Shown: piece by piece, positions 39,501 to 53,856 of the stretch
Numbering within the stretch: position 1 is the first letter of the stretch
Layout: each line of letters starts with the position of its first letter
NCBI GenBank assembly: GCA_017499595.2
Contig: CM039006.1
Coordinates: 1,612,001 to 1,676,000, forward strand
Reading direction: 5' to 3'
From: Psilocybe cubensis
Lineage: Eukaryota
DNA: 64,000 nt
Program-made: the position numbers and the translations under genes
Notes under the pieces: generated by a model
The model's input: only the letters and a program-made list of their open reading frames with translations
What the model was told of the DNA's origin: nothing
Database searches by the model: none

Positions 39501-42500
39501 TCAACTGGGTAGGTCTGGAACTATATGGGGCAAGTATTCTGTGCATGAAATATGTGTTTGAAATCGTGTTAATTGCGTGTGTGATAAGATTACTTTACAG
39601 AATGAATACGGGCGTCTAACGCGTTTGTTCGTTTGTACCTTGAATCAGCACATACCTTCGCAGTACTAGACGCTTTCTGAGTGCACTACAGCGCATTTCA
39701 TGTCCTAAGAGTTCCTTGATTGTCGTGAAATCACATAGAATTGCAGAATGCACATTTTACAACCCCAGTGCGTTGGCATGAAAATTTGAAATACTCGATG
39801 GAAAAGTTCACTCACAAACCATTATTAATGCACAGGTACATCTGAATAACACTCAGGTATCCCCTATAACCTTTACCATAGCCTTGAAACGCCGGAAAAC
39901 CACATAATCAACGGGGAACTGTACATAACGTATGTTTCCACCTCAAATACCATGCTGTTACAATGTATTTACCAAAGCTTCTAGACATCTTCCGGCCCAT
40001 AACCCGAGCCGAGTAGTCACGGAACACTCCGAGAGAAGCCTCGGAATGAAAAAAGACGTTGGAATTCAGTGTGAATGGAGAATTGGGGGAGGAGGAGGAT
40101 GTCAACATACGTTATCTGCAATGTTGACGAGATTCTCGTCGCCGTTTCTCCATGTTTGATGATAGGAGTAGCTCGCTGTAGAGTAATATACTCCACTCAG
40201 GGGGTAGGATGTGTAGCTTAGTCTTGGTTTGTGAATAAATGTTGCAATTGAGGTCGATGGTTGAAAGTGTTCACGAGCGCTTAAAAGTGTTTTGCAACAT
40301 TAGAATGTTTCTACTTTCAAAAATTTCAATTACAGGTAGTATTATAGCACCCTACAGTGTATAAAGTGGCTCTAATATCGTACAGCGCTCGTAATGTTAC
40401 AGAAACGAGGAAAACATACAACAGATGAGCTGTCACAAATGTATCGAGCTCCTGACAACTTCAACCATCCACACATTACCATCTCATCAAATTGGCCCGG
40501 AAACGTTGCCACGTCGAATAACGCACATTTTGAATGCATCTTCCGACCGGATTCTGCCCACTAGAGGACTCGATATTTTCGCTATATATTAGCCGATTAA
40601 TCTCAGACTAGATCCGAAATGGGTCCAGATAAAACCAAGGCGATTGGAATAGATGGAGTGAGTATTCAGGGGATGAGGAGAGCGTCGACCTAGTGAATTT
40701 TGTGATGTGTTTCAGTCGTACTTCCGCTTGTGGATGCTTTATAGTGATGGATTTTCAGCCTGACGCCTAACGCTCAGAAGTACAGAAATCAGAGGGCTGA
40801 ATGCTCACAATGAGGGTGCAACGTCATAGAACCGGATTGAAGGCTGTATTCGAACCTCGTCATGTTTATGCCGTGGCTACAGCATCCATACCCCTAGAAG
40901 TCCACGGGTGGTAGAACAACTCGATATTTATGATCCTCAGGTGACGGTAACTTGCCAATTTCGCGATCGAGTAATAGAATTCTTTGTTCAGTTGCCGTGC
41001 AAGTTCTCTGCCATTGCCAGGTTAATTAGGAAAACATACTAGTCCGCTTACACAATTACCGTCAATCTTCCTCCGCACAGAACAAACATTTCAACGGCTT
41101 TGAACACAGCTACATCATTCACCATCCCCCTGAAAGTCAGTCTAATTCTTCTGCAGTGTAAAATTAGGCTCACGCAAATCTGAAATCGGGCGCGATACAG
41201 TTTTCCGACTATACCCAAAGCGGACGAGGTTCAGCAAAGCAGCGCGTTTATGCAACTTACAGCACGCAGTAAGCATGTCGTCATTGCTGAATCGCAAATC
41301 GTAGATCGTCAATCTTGATATTCGGGCACTAGAAGCGGGGATTTTGGGTTTGTGCCTCGAGACGCGTCGCGTCGATTCAGGTGTGTTGCGATTATTTTTG
41401 GATTGTTTTTGCCCGCGCGACACTGTGTTCCATAGCGAACCCCTGTGCTTAGGAGGTTGAATTGAAGTGTGCAGCGGTTGGTACACATTCCTGCTGTGTT
41501 GAACAGTTGAGGCGAGTAGCACAATATCTTGGAAAATAAATGTGCAAACGTATGTTACTCAAATGGACGTACTTGAATGGGTAATGGACATGTTGAGTGC
41601 AGATGATGTGTGGATGTCGAGAGAAAGTTGAGGGTGTCGATTAGAATGTAATACAAGTAGTTTTAAAACTGCCATTGAATGAAAATACGTGAGTAAATGT
41701 TTTCAACTCCTAAAGAGCTCCTGATTATGGCATTTGTACCCTTGCAATTTTGCCAAAGCGAGGACTACTAGTCGAATTGATGAGTCTAGAAAACAAAGTG
41801 CTGTAATTGCCAGCAAAGCCTTGGATACGTTGAAAGTATAAAGAGGCTCACCTTGAGTGGGGTGCAACTTGTGGTCATGCTGGCGGTATGCCAGTCCGTT
41901 TTTTCGAACCCCTGTGCTGTGTTTGGCTGCGGTGCCAAACACGACACTTTGATGCGCACGGTTGCTTCTACTTTTTTGCTCTTCTCCACCATCATGAGTA
42001 AGTTCCCCTCTCCTTTTAATGGCTCTCTACTCACTATGCACACTGCAGATTCAAACTCGATATTCTGACGTCCGGCAAATGCTATTGGGGAGCTGAGGCA
42101 GGATTCATTCTGTTGGGGTAAGTTTACATTCATTAGTCGCTCTGTGTACGTTCTGACCTCCTTTACAGGCCCCGATACCGTGTTCCCACGAACAATATTG
42201 TGTCCAGACATCTTGGACACTGTATCGACGCCCCGAGACCTCTGGAAGACAACCCCCATGACCTTTGTGGGTAATACAAGTTTATTTACCGCTCTATATA
42301 TTTTCTGACCTTTTTTTTTGTAGACCTACAAATGCCCCGACACCATATATCGCCTCCCTGCGACCTCTGGCACAAGTAGCCTTACGCTCAACTCGACTAG
42401 ATACCTTCTGAAGAACCCCGAATGCCTCGACACGACGCATCGCGTTCCCGTGAGATGCGCATCACTGTCGAGTTTTTTAACATGAAGCATTCACTCTGGC

Positions 42501-43695
42501 GGGTAAGCTCACGTTCGTTAGTTGCTATGTGTACGTACTGACTTCTTTTGCAGGCCCTGACACCATGCATGACGTTCCCGCAATCTGCATCTTGTCCAGA
42601 CACCTTGGACACTATGTATCGACGCCCCGCGACCTCTGGAATACAATCCCCTTGACTTTTATGGGTAATACAAGTTTATTGACCACTCTACATACGTTCT
42701 GACATTTTTTGTAGCCCTTCAAATACCCTGACACCATGTATCGTGTCCCCGCGACCTCTGACACAAGTAGCCCTGCGCTCAACTCCTCTAAAATAACCTC
42801 TGAAGAATCTCGAATGCCCCGACACGACATATCGCGTTCCCGTGAGATGCGCATCAGTGTCAACGTATGGACGTCCGGTGGTCCCAACCAGGAGAATGCA
42901 CTGTATGTCGTCTTAATTTGAATGTTTTGTGCTGTCCTGACCTTGTTTAGGCCCTGACACGACGTATCGTGTTCCCGCAAGCTACGTGTTGTGTTCAACA
43001 CAACCTCTGCCATGTCATGCGTAGTCCCTGTAAGTCCATATTTATTGAGATGTCCTGACCTTGCTTGTAGAACTCCTGACTGCCCCGACGCAATATATCG
43101 CGTTCCCGCGAGCTACGCTGCAAATTCATAAACACCCCGCAACCTCTGCATCACGAAACGAGTAACGATGCACCTTGCCATATCACAACACAATGTATCG
43201 CGTTCCCGCGAGCTACATTGGCATCTTGCAAATTCATCAACACCCCGCAACCTCTGCTTGACGAGACGAGTAACGACGCACCTTATCATGTCGCAACACA
43301 ACGTATCGCGTTCCCGCGAGCTGCATCCCGACTCTGACCCACTTTGACACAATGTATCGACTCCCCGCAATCCAGCCCAAGGTGTTTGAGGAGTTCAATG
43401 TGAATTGTGATGCAACAAGCTGGCATACTTGTACTTTGGCAATGTATCAACATCCGGTGAGCCTTTCGTTTTCTCATGATTGAATTGAATGCTGACTGTT
43501 ATTTACTCGCTACAAAGTGCATATTTTCAGTGCAGCAACAAATCCGCGAAAATCACACTCAAGGTAACCGTCCATTATCGGACCCGCCAGACTTGTACTT
43601 ACCATCCTGATTAGAGCTACCTGCTGTCCGTCTGGATTTCATTTCACGCAGAGGTTACCCCCGTCTGGCCTTCGGGCGGGGGTAACCTCTGCTGG
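36541..43695 (+). mobile_element. ~7-kb repeat-rich insert (copy 2)
   Basis: Copy of 26438-33592; hairpin at 43648-43692. Confidence 0.4.
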
Positions 43696-43753
43696 TACAG
43701 AGAGAAACGAGAGGGTAGGGGGTGTGTACCTACGCTGTTTTTGAAGTTTATAA

Positions 43754-45268
43754 TTAGATCTCACCAATTAAACACGTTGCCGAGTTCAAACTCCCCAGAA
43801 AATACCTTAAGCGAGCGTCATTTTCACAATTACATACCCGGATCAAAGCGCCATTGCGGGTGAAAACAAGAAAACGATCGATTATTCGGGGAGGGGTGAG
43901 CATACCCTCATTGAGATAGAGATAATTCCACCATTCCATAGTGGTGATATCGCCAAACCTTGAGCAGATTGTTGTAAGGTAAAAATATGATCGTGCAAAA
44001 TTGGTAACTCACCAAAGATGTGCTATTTCATGGCTTTGCGTAGACGCCACCCGCTTCTTGGCGAGCAGGTCTGCGTTGTCAGTGTCAAGTAAGAAGGCAG
44101 CAGAGCGGCCGATAATTAAACCCCAGTTCTCCATGGCACCGTCTACGATGTTTCCCTGTCATTTGCCAAAAAAAAAAAACAGGTCAAAAAGGTTGCGTCG
44201 GTCGGTCGTAATACACATACTGCAACTGTATCAAGTTTAGGAAGCGGGTACTCGACACCGAGTATTCTTTCGTACAGGGGAAGAACAGACGCAGTAACAC
44301 CTAAGACGAATTCGGCTTGACTGACTTTAGCGGGAGAAGCTACCAAAACGTGAAAATTGTATCATAGGTGAATCAAGAGATCAACTTACTGTAAATCCGG
44401 AGAGGGATGGTCTTGCGGCTGAGCGGCATGACGACCGACTTTTCCAAAAACTTGAATGGACCGTTCGCCAGCGCCACGATGTATGTCGACATTGGAGGGG
44501 TAGTATCAAATTTTGTGATTTTCCATGTCTCGGCGTCGAGTCCCTCGAGAATTGGCTGTTCTGATAGAGCAGGCATGTTGCTCAAGCTTACGGTATCAGC
44601 ACGCGATATCATGGTGATAGTAAACGTCGCTTTTAGGAGAGGTTCGTCCCAGCACGGAAAAGCGCTCCTAGCTGCGGTGGGCTATCAAAAAGTTTTCAGA
44701 ATGAGATAGCGTATCCAGCGCATGATGCACATACCTGAAACTGCGTGAGTGCATAGTACTCAGTTCTTCCTTCATATTCCCAAGAGCCGCGAAGGTAGCC
44801 CATCATGTTTCCTCCTAGCTTCCCAGAGAAGTATATCTTCAGTTTTGTTTGAGAACCAGACGGAAGCTTCTCATCCAGTTTGTATGTGACGCGCTCTTGC
44901 GCCTCGTCTGTCTGCACCACGGCTACAGGTTTCTCCCCCTCTTCAGACAATATGGTGCTAATACCATTATTATTGCTGATGCAAGGGTTCGAACATAAGA
45001 CTGAAAACGCACGCATTTGTTAGCTCTAGACGCGATACATTGAGCGTGATTGTCGACGTATCCTTCTTAACTTCAAGGCTAGCAAGAGACTCGGTCAAAT
45101 TATAACAAAAGACACCCGAGAGTCTGAGTCTCCGTACGCGATTATGACAACGCCCTCGAACGTAGCCTTCTTCAAGTCAGTTTTGAATGTGAGATCATAG
45201 TGCGTCGGCTTGACATTTGTAGGCAGCCTGTATTCGCTCTGCTCTTTCTCCTGGCGATTAGGCTTCAT
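43754..45268 (-). pseudogene. 3'-truncated M1 aminopeptidase copy 3
   Basis: Same as copy 2 at +10103. Confidence 0.88.
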
Positions 45269-46517
45269 TTTGGAGCTTGTTGATGGTTCAAATTGAAGGG
45301 TGCTGAGGACTTTTCGGAGGGTTCAGTTATATGGCGTCCAGACAAGGTCGCGCAGCTCTATTTCTCCAGGCGGTTACAGTCAGGTGAGAATGAGCATATG
45401 GGCACCATGTTCCTGTGAAAAGATCGCAGTAGTATATCCGTAAGGACGTTCATAGTGAACTCCACAGTGGTTTCGCATAGGAGACTGCTCTAGATAGACA
45501 AACCCCGATACTTAGTACATAGTAGACACCCTAGTGTAGAAAGGTGAGGAACGCTCACGCGTGCGTCTTAGCTTTCTTGTTGCACGATAATAAATAGATT
45601 ACAAACAAAGCATAGGAGACTGCGTTTCCATTGCTTAGTCAGCTTATCACAATTACGGCAGCACCGGCATGAATGTGCGCGTATCAACGCGACCTCGCGC
45701 ACGCAATCTGGAACACCTCGACGCAGCCAAAACTGTGCGCAGTACAGTAGCATAACTAGGCGAAGAAACAAAATTACATCACGGTGACGTAGACCAATCT
45801 TTCACTTTTTATTTGACGAGAACTCGGGAAATGGTACAAAGCTCCCAAGCAAACCAAATAAATTTGAACAATGGTCTTTTTACCAATGTCATCGCAGCCA
45901 GAGTCATTGGAACGAAGGAGAGAGAGAAATATATGCAAAAGGCTACAAGTCTCAGGACTCGATTTTTTGTGCAATGCATAGAAATCAAAACAATATAAAG
46001 AGAATAAAAGTAAAAGGGTATGGTTGCTGCATAGAAATCGAAAGAATATAGAAAAATAAAAGTGAAATAGGGTGTTCGTTTCGTGCCCTTGCTCGGTCTA
46101 CCTGCCACCTTGAATGCCTTTCCGCTCAACATAGCGTTTCTCGCGTCTTCATACAGCGTATTAATATCCCAATTATGTTTGCATCTGTATTGCGTAACCT
46201 GTTTCCTGTGCCAATCCAGACGGTCCACAGATTCTTACCTTTTGACCTTTAAAACATCTTCATCAACGCGCAACCTCTTACCCTCTAATTCATAAAAAAA
46301 AGTTCCTCCGGCGGCCCGTCGCGGTGTTCGAGTCGAAGGCATAAGAAGCGATGGTGGGTATGGTCATGTTCCCAATTCCAACGAAGCGTAACTTAAAGGA
46401 GGCACAACCCTTCTACAGATTGGCTTCTCGAAGTAAAAGAGGTGCCGGGCCCACAACGCAACCCGAGCGACGCGACCGGTTAGTTACACGTGACTGTTCC
46501 GCTTCATCACTACTTGA

Positions 46518-46643
46518 ATGCTACACAACTCCTCCTCTCCGCGGGACAAAGAGCCCACCCTGCGCAAATGGCAAGAGGAGCGCAGAGCGCGGCAAATACG
46601 AGTCTGCCGTTCTTCACCTTTCGCACATTGTATGTCTCCCTTC
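46518..46643 (+). pseudogene. Decayed 5' fragment of SAM50 (copy 3)
   Basis: Same as 26312-26437 at +20206. Confidence 0.88.
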
Positions 46644-49600
46644 CATTGCTTAATCAGCATATCACAATTACAGCAGCACCGGCCTTGCGCACGCAATATC
46701 TGGAATACCTCGACGCAGCCAAAACTGTGCGCAGTAGCCAACCCCATCGCCAGTCTGCCTCTGCCCGCCACCCCTCAATGTTCTTCGACCCGGTCTGCAC
46801 ATAGTCCGGTTTTCATTATGACTTGTGGGCTCTATCCACATGCCTCAATGTCGTTCAACCCAATCTGCACATAGTCCGGCTATGCACTACAACGCCCGCG
46901 GCAGGAAGTAGGCCAACCTGTTTTATTTGTCAACAAGGTGCACAACACATGGGCTCTACTCACATACACACTGTCCACCTCTATCCACTCGCCTCGCCTT
47001 GATGTTGTTCAACCCGGTGTCGACGCCGCCGCCTGTGGCCGTTGCGCTAGAGATCCGCAGTGTTAGTTCATCATCAGAGTGGGGGAGGATTCTACTCACG
47101 CATACACCGTCGGCCTCAAACATGCGCCTGGCCTCAATTTTGAGGACGCCGGTGTTGAGGCCGCTTATTGTCGCTACACTAGAGGTCACACAGTGCCACG
47201 TCGTTAGTCCATCATCAGAGTAGGGGAGGGCTCTACGCCTCGCCTCAATCAACCTGGTGTTGACGCCGCCGCCTGTGGTTGTTGCGCTGGAAATGCGCAG
47301 AGTTAGTTCATTATCAGAATGGGGGAGGGTTCTGCTCACGCATACACCGGTGTCGAGGCCGCCTGCAGTCGGTCCGCTAGAGGTTCGCAGTGTTAGTCCA
47401 TCCTCAGAGTGGGGGGGCTCTACTCACACATACACCCTCAGCCGCTGTCTGCCTCCCACCCGCATCTCGCCTCAATGTCGTTGAACCCGGTGTCGAGGAA
47501 GCCTGCGGCCGTTGCACTAGAGGTCCGCATAGTGCCACATCATTAGTCAATCATCAGAGTAGGGGACACAAACGGCTTACATCCATTTCCGGGGATCGAG
47601 GGCTGAAAGCAAAAGCGCGGATGTGAGAGGCTGTAGAGGAGGAAAACTGAGCAGGGGATGATGGTTACAGCCAAAGTAAGTGCCTCTTATATACCTGTGC
47701 GGTCCAATTTGTGTTACGTAGTACCACAATAGAATCATTTTTTCTCGTTAGATCCCCCCTTTATGTCGCGATTAGGTGTTCTCTCCCGTTCAGATCTGCT
47801 GTTCCAGTGTGCGTCTGCGCATCCACGAGTGTTCTCGGTATGCACTGTCAAATTCTACTTGCTTTCAATCATTCTATTGTCCGTAAACTCTCTATATGAC
47901 CAGTACATTGAACCTAATTGGCTGAATACTCGACGCAGACGGCATTCAGACTACTCAGCGCAGACGGCAGTCATATTACACGACGCAGATGGCATTCGGA
48001 CAGAACACACCTTGTCGACATTGATTGCCAATATCATTTCGGCCTAAAACTACCTCACTCGGGAACCAGTACGTATTCTGTTCAAATCCGTGCATCCTAG
48101 CGCCTCCGCAATCTTGTTCTCCAAATTTCGACAACGAGAACGGCGTTCTTGTTAGTGAGGCTCACGTTACTATTAGCCGAGGCTTCCAATGCTAGCGCGA
48201 ATTGGAGACAAATTTGAAAGCAATTGGTTGCGATGCGTTGGAACGGAGATCAGGGAGAGGAGGATGGCCAGTCAATCACTTCGATTTCGTTCAATCCGTT
48301 GGGTGTGTGGCTTGAGTATTCTCTTGGAGCGTGTGAGGGGTACGTCCTCATGCACGTCCATGTGGTATGTTCCTCCTGTTTAATTCGTTTTTTAGATGTT
48401 ATGAGGAGATCTTTTTCCAAGCGCTTAATGCTTTCTCATGTAAAATTTTATCTTGTAAAGTCTTCAAGCGCACCAATATGCTCACAAAATTGATGAATAG
48501 AGTCTACTATACCGCTCAGGGGTTGTGCAACACTTGAAATGCGTGTTGTTACAGCTTAATTCGCGAATATTGACGCTTTCAAAATCGACAAACTCACTCG
48601 ATAACGTCAAGAAATTTGCGCAAAGTACGATCCACCGGATATTGGACCACACCAGAACATCCTAGGTAACGTACTCTACAGCCTCAAACACCCGGAAAAC
48701 GCGAAATCGACGCAGAATCGTCTGCCACGTATGTATCCGCCTCGAAAAATCGTATCGTTGCATGCAATTTGACGAGTCTTCTAGACAGATTACGGCGTGT
48801 TAGCCGAGCCGAGTAGATACGGGTCAGTACGGGAGAAGCCCCGGGACGAAACAGAACGTTGGAAATGAGCTGGAACGGCGAATTGGGGGAGGAGGAGGAA
48901 GTGGACATACGTTATCCGAGATGTTGACGAGTTCCTATTGAGATTTGACATGGGTAGGCCTGCGATCATACAAACGTGAGCTGGGGTGAGTATTCTGTAC
49001 ATTATTTATGTGTTTGAAATCGAGTTACTTGTGTGTGTGATTGGATTACTTTACAGAATGAGTGTGGGCGTCTAACATTTTGAGTCGTTTGCACCTTTGT
49101 CTGCACGTCAAATCACACTATTGCACTCACTTTCCTACGTATTAGAGTGTATAGTAAGCATTAAAAATGCTATAACTCTTGTCAACTCGCTCAGACGAGT
49201 GGGTTCCATATGTTACACTGCCCAGTGCGTTGGCTTGAAAATACGAAATGTTGCACCAGAATACTCACTTGTAGGACACAAAATCTGCGCAGGTACATCT
49301 GAATGATACCTAGGTACCCCCTATAACCCTCACCATAGCTTTCAAACGCCGGAAAACCACATAATCGATGGGGAACTGTACATAACATATGTTTCCACCT
49401 CAAATACCATGCTGTTACAATGTATTTACCAAAGCTTCTAGACATCTTCCGGTTCACAACCCGAGCCGAGTAGTCACGGAATACTCCGAGAGAAGCCCCG
49501 GGACGAAACAGAACATTGGAATTGAGCTGGAACGGTGAATTTGGGGAGGAGGAGGATGTCGACATACGTTATCTGAGATGTTGACGAGTTTCTACTGAGA

Positions 49601-52600
49601 TTATCAACTGGGTAGGTCTGGAACTATATGGGGCAAGTATTCTGTGCATGAAATATGTGTTTGAAATCGTGTTAATTGCGTGTGTGATAAGATTACTTTA
49701 CAGAATGAATACGGGCGTCTAACGCGTTTGTTCGTTTGTACCTTGAATCAGCACATACCTTCGCAGTACTAGACGCTTTCTGAGTGCACTACAGCGCATT
49801 TCATGTCCTAAGAGTTCCTTGATTGTCGTGAAATCACATAGAATTGCAGAATGCACATTTTACAACCCCAGTGCGTTGGCATGAAAATTTGAAATACTCG
49901 ATGGAAAAGTTCACTCACAAACCATTATTAATGCACAGGTACATCTGAATAACACTCAGGTATCCCCTATAACCTTTACCATAGCCTTGAAACGCCGGAA
50001 AACCACATAATCAACGGGGAACTGTACATAACGTATGTTTCCACCTCAAATACCATGCTGTTACAATGTATTTACCAAAGCTTCTAGACATCTTCCGGCC
50101 CATAACCCGAGCCGAGTAGTCACGGAACACTCCGAGAGAAGCCTCGGAATGAAAAAAGACGTTGGAATTCAGTGTGAATGGAGAATTGGGGGAGGAGGAG
50201 GATGTCAACATACGTTATCTGCAATGTTGACGAGATTCTCGTCGCCGTTTCTCCATGTTTGATGATAGGAGTAGCTCGCTGTAGAGTAATATACTCCACT
50301 CAGGGGGTAGGATGTGTAGCTTAGTCTTGGTTTGTGAATAAATGTTGCAATTGAGGTCGATGGTTGAAAGTGTTCACGAGCGCTTAAAAGTGTTTTGCAA
50401 CATTAGAATGTTTCTACTTTCAAAAATTTCAATTACAGGTAGTATTATAGCACCCTACAGTGTATAAAGTGGCTCTAATATCGTACAGCGCTCGTAATGT
50501 TACAGAAACGAGGAAAACATACAACAGATGAGCTGTCACAAATGTATCGAGCTCCTGACAACTTCAACCATCCACACATTACCATCTCATCAAATTGGCC
50601 CGGAAACGTTGCCACGTCGAATAACGCACATTTTGAATGCATCTTCCGACCGGATTCTGCCCACTAGAGGACTCGATATTTTCGCTATATATTAGCCGAT
50701 TAATCTCAGACTAGATCCGAAATGGGTCCAGATAAAACCAAGGCGATTGGAATAGATGGAGTGAGTATTCAGGGGATGAGGAGAGCGTCGACCTAGTGAA
50801 TTTTGTGATGTGTTTCAGTCGTACTTCCGCTTGTGGATGCTTTATAGTGATGGATTTTCAGCCTGACGCCTAACGCTCAGAAGTACAGAAATCAGAGGGC
50901 TGAATGCTCACAATGAGGGTGCAACGTCATAGAACCGGATTGAAGGCTGTATTCGAACCTCGTCATGTTTATGCCGTGGCTACAGCATCCATACCCCTAG
51001 AAGTCCACGGGTGGTAGAACAACTCGATATTTATGATCCTCAGGTGACGGTAACTTGCCAATTTCGCGATCGAGTAATAGAATTCTTTGTTCAGTTGCCG
51101 TGCAAGTTCTCTGCCATTGCCAGGTTAATTAGGAAAACATACTAGTCCGCTTACACAATTACCGTCAATCTTCCTCCGCACAGAACAAACATTTCAACGG
51201 CTTTGAACACAGCTACATCATTCACCATCCCCCTGAAAGTCAGTCTAATTCTTCTGCAGTGTAAAATTAGGCTCACGCAAATCTGAAATCGGGCGCGATA
51301 CAGTTTTCCGACTATACCCAAAGCGGACGAGGTTCAGCAAAGCAGCGCGTTTATGCAACTTACAGCACGCAGTAAGCATGTCGTCATTGCTGAATCGCAA
51401 ATCGTAGATCGTCAATCTTGATATTCGGGCACTAGAAGCGGGGATTTTGGGTTTGTGCCTCGAGACGCGTCGCGTCGATTCAGGTGTGTTGCGATTATTT
51501 TTGGATTGTTTTTGCCCGCGCGACACTGTGTTCCATAGCGAACCCCTGTGCTTAGGAGGTTGAATTGAAGTGTGCAGCGGTTGGTACACATTCCTGCTGT
51601 GTTGAACAGTTGAGGCGAGTAGCACAATATCTTGGAAAATAAATGTGCAAACGTATGTTACTCAAATGGACGTACTTGAATGGGTAATGGACATGTTGAG
51701 TGCAGATGATGTGTGGATGTCGAGAGAAAGTTGAGGGTGTCGATTAGAATGTAATACAAGTAGTTTTAAAACTGCCATTGAATGAAAATACGTGAGTAAA
51801 TGTTTTCAACTCCTAAAGAGCTCCTGATTATGGCATTTGTACCCTTGCAATTTTGCCAAAGCGAGGACTACTAGTCGAATTGATGAGTCTAGAAAACAAA
51901 GTGCTGTAATTGCCAGCAAAGCCTTGGATACGTTGAAAGTATAAAGAGGCTCACCTTGAGTGGGGTGCAACTTGTGGTCATGCTGGCGGTATGCCAGTCC
52001 GTTTTTTCGAACCCCTGTGCTGTGTTTGGCTGCGGTGCCAAACACGACACTTTGATGCGCACGGTTGCTTCTACTTTTTTGCTCTTCTCCACCATCATGA
52101 GTAAGTTCCCCTCTCCTTTTAATGGCTCTCTACTCACTATGCACACTGCAGATTCAAACTCGATATTCTGACGTCCGGCAAATGCTATTGGGGAGCTGAG
52201 GCAGGATTCATTCTGTTGGGGTAAGTTTACATTCATTAGTCGCTCTGTGTACGTTCTGACCTCCTTTACAGGCCCCGATACCGTGTTCCCACGAACAATA
52301 TTGTGTCCAGACATCTTGGACACTGTATCGACGCCCCGAGACCTCTGGAAGACAACCCCCATGACCTTTGTGGGTAATACAAGTTTATTTACCGCTCTAT
52401 ATATTTTCTGACCTTTTTTTTTGTAGACCTACAAATGCCCCGACACCATATATCGCCTCCCTGCGACCTCTGGCACAAGTAGCCTTACGCTCAACTCGAC
52501 TAGATACCTTCTGAAGAACCCCGAATGCCTCGACACGACGCATCGCGTTCCCGTGAGATGCGCATCACTGTCGAGTTTTTTAACATGAAGCATTCACTCT

Positions 52601-53798
52601 GGCGGGTAAGCTCACGTTCGTTAGTTGCTATGTGTACGTACTGACTTCTTTTGCAGGCCCTGACACCATGCATGACGTTCCCGCAATCTGCATCTTGTCC
52701 AGACACCTTGGACACTATGTATCGACGCCCCGCGACCTCTGGAATACAATCCCCTTGACTTTTATGGGTAATACAAGTTTATTGACCACTCTACATACGT
52801 TCTGACATTTTTTGTAGCCCTTCAAATACCCTGACACCATGTATCGTGTCCCCGCGACCTCTGACACAAGTAGCCCTGCGCTCAACTCCTCTAAAATAAC
52901 CTCTGAAGAATCTCGAATGCCCCGACACGACATATCGCGTTCCCGTGAGATGCGCATCAGTGTCAACGTATGGACGTCCGGTGGTCCCAACCAGGAGAAT
53001 GCACTGTATGTCGTCTTAATTTGAATGTTTTGTGCTGTCCTGACCTTGTTTAGGCCCTGACACGACGTATCGTGTTCCCGCAAGCTACGTGTTGTGTTCA
53101 ACACAACCTCTGCCATGTCATGCGTAGTCCCTGTAAGTCCATATTTATTGAGATGTCCTGACCTTGCTTGTAGAACTCCTGACTGCCCCGACGCAATATA
53201 TCGCGTTCCCGCGAGCTACGCTGCAAATTCATAAACACCCCGCAACCTCTGCATCACGAAACGAGTAACGATGCACCTTGCCATATCACAACACAATGTA
53301 TCGCGTTCCCGCGAGCTACATTGGCATCTTGCAAATTCATCAACACCCCGCAACCTCTGCTTGACGAGACGAGTAACGACGCACCTTATCATGTCGCAAC
53401 ACAACGTATCGCGTTCCCGCGAGCTGCATCCCGACTCTGACCCACTTTGACACAATGTATCGACTCCCCGCAATCCAGCCCAAGGTGTTTGAGGAGTTCA
53501 ATGTGAATTGTGATGCAACAAGCTGGCATACTTGTACTTTGGCAATGTATCAACATCCGGTGAGCCTTTCGTTTTCTCATGATTGAATTGAATGCTGACT
53601 GTTATTTACTCGCTACAAAGTGCATATTTTCAGTGCAGCAACAAATCCGCGAAAATCACACTCAAGGTAACCGTCCATTATCGGACCCGCCAGACTTGTA
53701 CTTACCATCCTGATTAGAGCTACCTGCTGTCCGTCTGGATTTCATTTCACGCAGAGGTTACCCCCGTCTGGCCTTCGGGCGGGGGTAACCTCTGCTGG
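46644..53798 (+). mobile_element. ~7-kb repeat-rich insert (copy 3)
   Basis: Copy of 26438-33592; hairpin at 53751-53795. Confidence 0.4.
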
Positions 53799-53856
53799 TA
53801 CAGAGAGAAACGAGAGGGTAGGGGGTGTGTACCTACGCTGTTTTTGAAGTTTATAA

